Positions 10,341 to 20,504 of a stretch of DNA of 21,581 nucleotides are shown one piece after another. The translations under genes and the position numbers were made by a program. The stretch is from NCBI RefSeq assembly GCF_006345805.1, contig NW_021823805.1, positions 1-21,581 on the forward strand, given 5' to 3'. This DNA is from Octopus sinensis. Lineage: Eukaryota. The notes under the pieces are model-generated. The model was not told where the DNA came from, searched no databases, and saw nothing but the letters and a program-made list of their open reading frames with translations. Numbering within the stretch: the first letter of the stretch is position 1; each line of letters starts with the position of its first letter.

Positions 10341-11407
10341 GAAGATTAGATACTGACGACTAAAATTCCTGTGATTATAGGGGTGTGCGCAACCAGTGCA
10401 ACCACACCGTTGCATATTTAAACCCCGCCCCGCGAGAGAAATATTTAATAGTTGGCATATATTTTTCCAACTCTTTTTCTATTAAATTTTTTCGAAGACG
10501 GCGATGGTATCGAGGGACTTGGATTAAGTCCTCAACACCACCGTTTTCTTTTCAACTTTTTCCAGACATCAACAGCAGTAGCAACAACAACTTGCGTGTT
10601 TGCCATCTTCATTAAGTCTGTCAAATTAACAACCTCCAAGGAACCTCTTATTTTGGTCTACAATCAAACCAAGAGTAGCTACAAACGTAAGATTTCTCAT
10701 CACGTCTCCTCAACGAATTTTGCTAACATCATTTTTTTATTCTCTCAAAGGTTTTTTTTTTTCTCTCTCTCTCTCTCTTTCTACTTTCTGAGGAACACTC
10801 TAAGATTCCTCAAATCTTTGTTTGAGTTATATGCAAAGTAATAGAAATATTTTATATAAACACGAAACAATAAAAAGCCTAAGAATAGTCGAGAATGGTT
10901 ATAAAACATTTTAGTGTTAATCAAGATATAGAGTCAAATATGGCTCTCTGCCGGACTGTGCTACTAATTCTATATATAACCAGAGTAACGAACTTGATAT
11001 TTCACTCACTTATGGTTTCAGTCAATTGGTATGATAAACGATATTACTAATATAACAAGCATAACAAATACGAACACCTTGGGAGCTTTATTTTCTCATT
11101 TATCAACAGCTTTTGATTGAGAACTCTCCAACACTGTAGAAATTTAATCTAAATTCCATAAATACAATGTAATACGATTCTGAAAGTCGCATAAGAAATT
11201 CCCATAAATAATCTCGGTTCATTTGTAATGAAATAGTAATTAGCATTCTACACTGAAGCTGTCAGTTTTTATCTCTCAAACTGTCAATATTTACACCTCC
11301 TAAACTAAACAGCTAAAAAAACTGATGAGGCAATGAAAGCATGTTTATTGTTACATAACATTTCCATCTCGATGTTGAACATCGTAAAAGAGTGAGAAGC
11401 TCTGGGC

Positions 11408-13709
11408 ATTCACGATTCGACTACTTGGATTCACGATTCGACTTCTTGGATTCACGATTCGACTTCTTGGATTCACGATTCGATTTCTTGGATTCACGAC
11501 TCGATTTCTTGGATTCGCGATTCGACTTCTTGGATTCGCGATTCGACTTCTTGGATTCACGACTCGATTTCTTGGATTCACGATTCGACTTCTTGGATTC
11601 ACGATTCGACTTCTTGGATTCACGACTCGATTTCTTGGATTCGCGATTCGATTTCTTGGATTCACGATTCGACTTCTTGGATTCACGATTCGACTTCTTG
11701 GATTCACGATTCGATTTCTTGGATCCACGACTCGATTTCTTGGATTCGCGATCCGACTTCTTGGATTCACGATTCGATTTCTTGGATTCACGACTCGATT
11801 TCTTGGATTTACGATTCGACCTCTTGTATTCACGATTCGATTTCTTGGATTCACGACTCGACTTCTTGGATTCACGACTCGATTTCTTGGATTCACGATT
11901 CGACTTCTTGGATTCACGATTCGACTTCTTGGATTCACGATTCGACTTCTTGGATTCACGACTCGATTTCTTGGATTCACGACTCGATTTCTTGGATTCA
12001 CGACTCGATTTCTTGGATTCACGACTCGATTTCTTGGATTCACGATTCGACTTCTTGGATTCACGATTCGACTTCTTGGATTCACGATTCGACTTCTTGG
12101 ATTCACGACTCGATTTCTTGGATTCACGATTCGATTTCTTGGATTCACGATTCGACTTCTTGGATTCACGATTCGACTTCTTGGATTCACGATTCGATTT
12201 CTTGGATCCACGACTCGATTTCTTGGATTCACGATTCGACTTCTTGATTCACGATTCGATTTCTTGGATTCACGACTCGATTTCTTGGATTCACGATTCG
12301 ACTTCTTGAATTCACGATTCGACTTCTTGGATTCACGATTCGACTTCTTGGATTCACGACTCGATTTCTTGGATTCACGATTCGATTTCTTGGATTCACG
12401 ATTCGACTTCTTGGATTCACGATTCGACTCTTGGATTCACGATTCGATTTCTTGGATTCACGAACTCGATTTCTTGGATTCACGATTCGATTTCTTGGAT
12501 TTACTATTCGACTTCTTGTATTCACGACTCGATTCTTGGATTCACGATTCGATTTATTGGATTCACGACTCGATTTCTTGGATTCACGATTCGACTTCTT
12601 GAATTCACGATTCGACTTCTTGGATTCACGATTCGATTTCTTGGATTCACGAATCGATTTCTTGGATTCGCGATCCGACTTCTTGGATTCACGATTCGAT
12701 TTCTTGGTTCACGACTCGATTTCTTGGATTTACGATTCGACCTCTTGTATTCACGATTCGATTTCTTGGATTCACGACTCGACTTCTTGTATTCACGATT
12801 CGATTTCTTGGATTCACAACTCGATTACTTGGATTCACGATTCGACTTCTTGTATTCACGACTCGATTTCTTGGATTCACGACTCGATTTCTTGGATTCA
12901 CGACTCGACTTCTTGGATTCACGATTCGATTTCTTGGATTCATGATTCGACTTCTTGGATTCACGACTCGATTTCTTGGATTCACGACTCGATTTCTTGG
13001 ATTCACGACTCGACTTCTTGGATTCACGATTCGATTTCTTGGATTCACGATTCGATTTCTTGGATTCACGATTCGATTTCTTGGATTCACGACTCGATTT
13101 CTTGGATTCACGACTCGATTCTTGGATTCACGATTGGACTTCTTGGATTCACGATTCGACTTCTTGTATTCACGATTCGATTTCTTGGATTCACGATTCG
13201 ATTTCTTGGATTCACGACTCGATTTCTTGGATTCACGATTCGACTTCTTGTATTCACGATTCGATTTCTTGGATTCACGACTCGATTTCTTGGATTCACG
13301 ATTCGACTTCTTGGATTCACGATTCAACTTCTTGTATTCACGATTCGATTTCTTGGATTCACGACTCGATTTCTTGGATTCACGATTCGACTTCTTGCAT
13401 TCACGATTCGATTTCTTGGATTCACGACTCGACTTCTTGGATTCACGATTCGACTTCTTGTATTCACGATTCGAATTCTTGGATTCACGACTCGATTTCT
13501 TGGATTCACGATTCGACTTCTTGTATTCACGACTCGATTTCTTGGATTCACGACTCGATTTCTTGGATTTACTATTCGACTTCTTGTATTCACGATTCGA
13601 CTTCTTGGATTCACGACTCGATTTCTTGGATTCACGACTCGATTTCTTGGATTCACGATTCGACTTCTTGTATTCACGATTCGTCTTCTTGGATTCACGA
13701 TTCGTCTTC
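11408..13709. repeat. 21-bp minisatellite, ~110 tandem units, consensus GGATTCACGAYTCGAYTTCTT
   Basis: Read directly; 7-residue periodicity in all overlapping ORFs; no spacers. Confidence 0.99.
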
Positions 13710-13719
13710 GCTTTCCAAT

Positions 13720-13790
13720 TCACTGATACAAATCATGCCCTTCCAATTGTCGACAACAATGAGGACAATCCCTCCATGACAGTCCATCAA
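13720..13790 (-). other. Speculative short terminal coding exon (..DGLSWRDCPHCCRQLEGHDLYQ*)
   Basis: Preceded by tttatag on the - strand; open for 22 codons with a CxxCC motif; AATAAA on the same strand just beyond the array (11344-11349). No homology recognised. Confidence 0.2.
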
Positions 13791-13853
13791 CTATAAACTT
13801 GAGACTTCTTGATTATAGCGATGTATTTATTTCATGGTCACTTCTGAAATATT

Positions 13854-14049
13854 CTTTTATTCTTTTATTTGTGTCGGTCATTTGACTGTGGCCATGCTGA
13901 AGCTCCGCCTTTAATCGAACAAATCGACCCAAGGACTTATTCTTTTGTTATAAGACTAGTACTTATTCTATCGGTCTCTTTTGCCGAACCCGAGGACGTA
14001 AACACACCAACATCGGTTGTCAAGCGATGGTTGAGGAACAAACACAGAC
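13854..14049 (-). mobile_element. 3' half of SINE family A
   Basis: Matches 6511-6705 (gtcatttgactgtggccatgctg...cttattctatcggtctcttttgccgaacc...). Confidence 0.9.
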
Positions 14050-14575
14050 GAACATACATGCATTAGCATGGCCGCAGGTCTGAGCTGAAACTAGAGAGGA
14101 CATATATATATATATATATATAATATAAATAATATATAAATATATGCATATATACATATATATATGTGCATACCTACATATATATGTATATATGAATGCA
14201 TATATGGGCACAGGACATAAAAAAGACGTTGAACAGAATGAGAAACGGAAACATAAAAACAAAAACATAGAAACGAACTTTTTTTGGAACAACGAAAAAA
14301 AACAAACAGAGGAACGAGACATGCAACAGAAAGGGTTGAGAAATATTGCTCCAGAAAACCTTTCAGCAAGTGCTTGTATTTCATAACAAATACTAAATGT
14401 GAACAGAGAAAACATAATATACAACTGCATACAACATTTCAGTTTTCGTAAGCCAACAAGAAAACCGCTTCATAGTTACTCGACTTGCTAAGATTAATAG
14501 CCAAATTCTGTTAAGATGACACAGCAAACTGATTTAAAATGTAAAGACGATAATGTATCGTCTTTACATATTAAA

Positions 14576-15445
14576 GGAGTGGCTGTGTGGTAAGTAGCTT
14601 GCTTACCAACCACATGGTTCTGTGTTCAGTCCCACTGCGTGGCACCTTGGGCAAGTGTCTTCTACTATAGCCTCGGCCGACCAAAGCCTTGTGAGTGGAT
14701 TTGGTAGACGGAAACTGAAAGAAGCCCGTCGTATATATGTATGTATATATATATATATATATATAATTATATTAAATTAGAGACAAAACCACTATTAGGC
14801 AAATCATACAATGAAAAACTTAAGCCAATACATAATATTATTTAATTTATATTATTTAAATATATAACAAAATTATTAAAAAAATATAATTAATATATCA
14901 CTACGATCGTTTCATGGCTGTTAATTTCTTTAAATTTTATATTAATTATATATTTTTAATAATTTTGTTATATATTTAAATAATATAAATTAAATAATCT
15001 TATGTATTGGCTTAAGTTTTTCATTGTATGATTTGCCTAATAGTGGTTTTGTCTCTAATTTAATATATAATATTTTACTATAAAATTGGATTCAATCCTA
15101 AATCTGATTTTTCCCTGTAAGTTTGGATTTATTCCCTAATATTTTATTAATTTATTATATATATATATATATATTATATATATATATATGTTTATATATA
15201 TATATGTGTGTGGTGTGTGTGTGGTGTTTGTGTGCTTGTGTGTCTGTGTTTGTCCCCCAAACGTCACTTGACAACCGATGTTGGTGTGTTTACGTCCCCG
15301 TAACTTAGCGGTCGGCAAAAGTGACCGATAAAATAAGTACTAGGCTTACAAAGAATAAGTCCTGGGGTCGATTTGCTCGACTAAAGGCGGTGCTCTAGCA
15401 TGACCGCAGTCAAATGACTGAAACAACTAAAAGGGTAAAAGAGAG
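14576..15445 (+). mobile_element. SINE family A, full length, interrupted in its internal (TA)n by a nested insertion
   Basis: Head 14576-14735 and tail 15240-15445 match 813-1227; candidate 8-bp TSD taatgtat at 14551-14558 and 15446-15453. Confidence 0.93.
14768..15150 (+). mobile_element. Nested (TA)n-targeted partly self-inverted element, putative Penelope-like pseudo-LTR remnant with half hammerhead motif
   Basis: Arms 14768-14896 and 14939-15067 are inverted; same 3' tail as 7723-8007; - strand 14913-14902 reads GAAAC-GATC-GTA. Confidence 0.72.
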
Positions 15446-15552
15446 TAATGTATTTATAGAGGCTTGGTTAAAAAAAAATTGGGTGGGGGAAAAGGCAGGA
15501 TGGTCAAAACTAGAACGCTTTTAAACCTAAGTCTGCTCAGTCGGAAATAATA

Positions 15553-15575
15553 AGCAACAACAACAGCATCATCAA

Positions 15576-15628
<53 letters not shown>

Positions 15629-15640
15629 AAATCATCATAA
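15553..15640. repeat. (CAA)n/(CAT)n trinucleotide microsatellite
   Basis: Read directly. Confidence 0.95.
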
Positions 15641-16097
15641 ACGACAACAATCGTTATATTCCGTCAGCCATTTTAAAATTGTAGTCAGCTACCCAGAGCT
15701 TCAGTCAGCCTCAATTACTTAAGCGACCCCAAACATCTTCGACACGCCAACTCTTTAAGCGTTGAGCTAGAGTAGATGAGAAACTCTCCAGATAATAATT
15801 TAGGAAGACTTTACGCCGACTTCCTCAGTTACATGACAAGTGTTAATCCTTCGTAATCCTCATCTTTCATATGTGAACTAAATGAGCATATAATTAACAT
15901 AGAAATTTCTCATTACGGATTTAAGAAAAGAAATGAAAAAATCGGAACGAAACCAAATTTCCTCTTGTCATCTTATATATATTATATATTATAATATATA
16001 TATAATATATAATATATATATACACGTGTGTGTATAAATATGTATACACACACACTCACTCACACACACACACACACACCATACATACATATTTATA

Positions 16098-16270
16098 TAT
16101 CTCCTTTTTTTTCTCTTCTTGTTTCTCTCATTGTTTTCTGTGTTCCTTTCTGTAGAAGAGCGTAGGCTCGAAATGTAAAAGACTTTTCTATTCTGAGCGT
16201 TATCTAATCATCTTTTGTTTTTGTACACCACCTGTCTTTATCTTTTGTTGCTTTTTCGTAAACTCTCCCT
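16098..16270 (+). mobile_element. (TA)n-flanked pyrimidine-rich element with a hammerhead-like core, putative Penelope-like/retrozyme-like remnant
   Basis: cttt-CTG(tag)AAGA-gcgtaggctc-GAAA-tg-TA-aaag at 16146-16181; ends in ccct next to (TA)n like the other TA-targeted elements. Confidence 0.5.
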
Positions 16271-16291
16271 ATATACATATATATATATATA

Positions 16292-16342
<51 letters not shown>

Positions 16343-16345
<3 letters not shown>

Positions 16346-17593
16346 GGTTTGGACAAAATAATGAAACACCTTAAAACAAATTTATTTTAATATAGGGTAG
16401 GATCGACTTTGGCAGTAGCTACAGCTTGAATTCTACGAGGTATGGACTCGTACGAAGTTTGAATTTTTTCCAAAGGAATTTTTTCCATTTTCCAGCTAAA
16501 ACAGTCTGCAGTTCTTGTAGTGATGATGGTGGAGGATATTGACTCCTTACTTATTTTTCTAAAATGTACCATAAATGTTCAATAATATTGAGATCTGGGA
16601 CTGTGGTGGCCAGATAAAATGTTCAACTTTATTAGAATGTTCCTCGTACCATTCAGTAACAAATTTAGCTGTGTGAATTGGTGCATTACCATCCTGAAAG
16701 ATTGTGTTTCCCTCCGGAAACAGTTCCGCAACGATAGGATGAATTTGATCAGATATGATGCTTAAATAATCTTGACTATTAATTCTGCCATGAAGGGAAA
16801 CTATTAGGCTGGCGGATTTCCAAGATATAAAGCCCCAGATCATCACAGATCCTCCTCCATGTTTAACAGTTGGAAGAAGGCAGCCTAGATCAAATGCTTC
16901 TTTTGCTTGTCTTCACGCGTATGCTCGGCCGGTGGTCGGAAATAAGGTAAAGGATGACGCGTCCGAGAAAAGAACATTCTTCCACTGCTCAAGGGACCAA
17001 TTCTGTAGGTGTTTACTCCACTCTAATAGCTTGCAACGTTTGTTTTTGAAAATAGTGGTTTTCTGATTGCAGCTCTCCTGTAAAATCCGGCTTTGTGCAG
17101 CTCCCAGTGAACAGTTTTTGTGGAAATTGGGTTCTCGAGGTGGTCACTAAGCTCCGCTGTAAGTTTGGGAGCTGTACTTTTGTGATCCTTTCTAACAATT
17201 CGCGTAAGAGTCCGACGGTCCCTATCTGAAAGTTTTGGTTTTCTTCTGGAGTTTTGTTTCAATGAGGTGTTTTTACCTCTTTCTCAAAGGCTGTCTTTAC
17301 TTTTGAGACAGTACTTTTTGATACATCAAACATTTCGGCTGTTTTTGTTACGCTAGCGCCAGCCATTCGAGCACCAACAATTTGACCTCTTTGAAAGTCC
17401 GATAGATCTGTCATTTTAGTGAGTTTTAATTACCTTTTTCTGGTGACATCTGAAGAGAAACAACAATTTTAGCAAAACATATTAAGCAACGCTAATAATA
17501 AATCAAAAACATAAAAATAAACAAGCTTTTGACGGTTTTATTGATATTTCAAAATTATGGTGCTATGATGCTAGGTGTCTCCATTATTTGGTC
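16343..17593 (-). mobile_element. Tc1-superfamily DNA transposon, DD36E spacing, decayed
   Basis: TIR cagggtttggacaaaataatgaaacacct next to (TA)n; partial opposite TIR aggtgtctccattatttggtc at 17573-17593; transposase between them. Confidence 0.93.
16387..17414 (-). pseudogene. Tc1-like transposase pseudogene (several frameshifts and stops)
   Basis: ATG at 17414: MTDLSDFQRGQIVGARMAGASVTKTAEMF...; then WKNVLFSDAS, PTVKHGGGSVMIWG, FQDGNAPIH, WPPQS/PDLNIIEHLW, SIPRRIQAVATAKVDPTLY*. Confidence 0.95.
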
Positions 17594-17660
17594 TGGGAAT
17601 CGAAACTACGATCCTACGACCGGGAGTCCGCTACCCTATCCACTGGGCCATTGCGCCTTC
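17590..17660 (-). mobile_element. tRNA-like head of SINE family B only
   Basis: Reverse complement gaaggcgcaatggcccagtggatagggtagcggactcccggtcgtaggatcgtagtttcgattcccagacc matches 2034-2104. Confidence 0.92.
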
Positions 17661-17692
17661 TTTCATACATACATACATATTTACACACATGC

Positions 17693-17731
<39 letters not shown>

Positions 17732-17767
17732 CATATGTGTGATTGTGGGGGGCGAGCGCATGCAAGA

Positions 17768-17881
17768 AGGCACGTGATTGAGTGTTGCGCTCACGAATAT
17801 GAGATCGTAGTTTCAATTCCCAGCCCGGCGATGCGTTGTGTTCTTGAGCAAAATACTTCATTTCCCGTTGCTCCAGTCGAC
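17768..17881 (+). mobile_element. Diverged tRNA-headed SINE fragment (a related fragment lies at 18221-18290)
   Basis: gatcgtagtttcaattcccagcccggcg...gttgtgttcttgagcaaaatac; B-box-like motif; similarity to the family B head. Confidence 0.65.
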
Positions 17882-17974
17882 CTCAGCGGAATTTGAACTC
17901 AGAACGTAACGGCAGACGAAATACCGCTAAGCATTTCGCCCGGCGTGCTAACGTTTTTGCCAGCTCGCCAGCCT
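17875..17974 (-). mobile_element. 5' part of SINE family C
   Basis: agtcgacctcagcggaatttgaactcagaacgta...gacgaaataccgctaagcatttcgcccggc nearly identical to 2751-2820. Confidence 0.9.
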
Positions 17975-18192
17975 CGTACATAATGTATTTATATATATGA
18001 TTGTATTTATTTATAATCACTTATACATACGGTACTTATTGTATCATATTACTCATTGATGTGCATTGTTTTGTTCTATACTATTATGTTTGACCTTGAT
18101 GTTCATATGTAGTGGTTTAATTAATTATGTGATTGGGTATTATCTGGTAGTTGATTATTGATTAAGATGTATTTCTCCATTTTCTTATTTTG

Positions 18193-18226
<34 letters not shown>

Positions 18227-18544
18227 TCCATTCCTGGACAGCGTAGTGTGTTGTGTTCTTGAGCTAAACTCTCACGTTTTGCAATGTGATCAGTTCAACA
18301 CCTCGCGGGTGGCATACCGTGCACCCGTTCAGGCAACGCCGATTCGATGGAGGCAGTGAGTTTGTGTTCAGCAAGATATTGCAGTACAATTTTGTCATTC
18401 TATCAGAGACGACCGTCATTTATCGAATAGCTAAGATGCCTATCGGCCGCAAGTCCAGCTGCTGATTTATACAACAATACTCAAATACACACACGTATAT
18501 ACACATATCTATCTATCATTTATCTATCTATCTATCTATCTATC

Positions 18545-18743
18545 TTTTATATTCTATTTTTTTTACTTGTTACAGACAAGTGGCCATGGTGGGACACCGC
18601 GTTGAAAATGTTTGTAAGCCTAGTACTTATTCTATCAAACTCTTTTGCCAAACCGCTGGTGTACGGGGACGTAAACACACCAACACTGGTTATCAAGCGG
18701 TGGTTGAGGAGAAGCACAGACACACACACACATACACATAAAT

Positions 18744-18774
<31 letters not shown>

Positions 18775-18958
18775 ACACACACACATATATATATACATGA
18801 GGGCTTCTTTCAGTTTCTGTGTGCCAAGTCCATTCACAAGGCTTTGGTTGGCCGAGGCTATAATAGAAGACACTCGACCAGGTGCCACGCAGTGGGACCG
18901 AACCTGGAATCTTGTGGTTAGGAAGCAAGCTTCTTACCACACAGCCACGCTTACGCCT
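18545..18958 (-). mobile_element. SINE family A, near full length, diverged
   Basis: Tail, (CA)n spacer and head ...cttaccacacagccacgcttacgcct align with the reverse complement of 813-1227. Confidence 0.9.
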
Positions 18959-19397
18959 ATGTACATGTCTGTCTGTCTATCTGCCAGCCTGCCTGTCTGT
19001 GTGTGTGTGTGTGCATGTGTGTATCTATCCATGCATGCATTCATCCATACATACATCCACCCATCCAAACATACGGGGTTGCTCTTGGTATGTGTAGGAG
19101 GCATTTTACAAGACACTACTCTCACTGTACATAAAGAAGGTCAAGCAGGAAAGTAATAATAATAATAAAAAAACGTCTGTCGCCGAAATTTTATCAATAA
19201 ATCTACACACTTCTTCTTTTGTACCGAGTATCTGTTGTTCATTCTTAACGTATCATTTCCCCGGCTTTGTCAATGGCTGAGCGCCGTTTAATTTATAATT
19301 ATTCGTCGAACACTTTTGTGAAAAATATATTGTGCGGACGAATAAAATTGTGATTATTCAAGCCTGCGCGTGTCGAGGTTACATACACAATACGAAC

Positions 19398-19492
19398 GTA
19401 TATATATATGTAAATATGTAAGAGTGTGTGTGTGTGTGTGAATATATATATATATATATCTATATATATATATTATATATTATATATATATA

Positions 19493-19524
<32 letters not shown>

Positions 19525-19582
19525 ATATGTATATATATGATATATATCTTATATTATATACATATATATAATACTTATATAC

Positions 19583-19618
<36 letters not shown>

Positions 19619-19621
19619 AAC

Positions 19622-19675
<54 letters not shown>

Positions 19676-19961
19676 TATATATAGATATGTATATATAACT
19701 TATAGACACGTGCCCCACACCTGCCGTACACGGCACACCACACGCATGCACACTCAACACGCACACGTACACACACAAACGAATCCTTGTTTTGTCATCA
19801 ATGAAGATAGACCCCTTCTTGGCCCTAGCCTTCCCGCGCTTGACCAAATGATGCACCTATCTCACTCTCCTCCTTTCTCTCTCTCTCTCAATCTGTCTAT
19901 CTGTCTATATATATACACACTTACATATATATGTGCCTATGTGTATATGTACGTGTATATA

Positions 19962-19997
<36 letters not shown>

Positions 19998-20131
19998 ATA
20001 TATATTATATATATATATATACATATATATGAACATATGCATAAATATATATATACATAAAATATATATACACACATATATACATATATATATATATATA
20101 TAATATCTAATATATATATATATATATATAT
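19398..20131. repeat. Extensive (TA)n/(TG)n/(CA)n microsatellite zone (19398-19700 and 19876-20131)
   Basis: Read directly. Confidence 0.95.
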
Positions 20132-20504
20132 TAACAATAATAATAGCGTGTGTAGTCAATTTAATGTTTAATTTAATGATTTTTAGTATAATATTTATTA
20201 TATATTTATATTCATTCTGTATGATTTAATATAGATAATAACTTTCAGTATCAATTGAATTACTTAATAGAGGTTATTTCTCTTAATTATATATATGTGT
20301 GTGCCTGTGTGTGTGTATGTGTGTGTGTGTGTGTGTGCATATATATATAAGGATTTATACCCATTTCTGTCTACCAGACGCTATTCCCAAGGAACTTAGC
20401 CGTTGCTACAATATCATCATTCTCAAAGGATATTGTCCAAAGCATTGCACAATGTAACAAAAGTAAAAACAAATATCAATTCAAGAACAATTTATTATAT
20501 TTAT

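Noticed and set aside
11322-11350. Hammerhead-like CTGATGA-ggcaat-GAAA
   Set aside because: Stems I, II and III do not pair convincingly. CTGATGA at about 206 and 786 likewise lacks a valid second half.
11408-13709. CRISPR array
   Set aside because: Units are directly adjacent with no unique spacers, there are no cas genes, and the context is eukaryotic.
15640-15870. Possible exon in complex sequence (e.g. MRNSPDNNLGRLYADFLSYMTSVNPS*)
   Set aside because: The frames I read close within about 30 codons, with no clear splice pair or recognisable homology.
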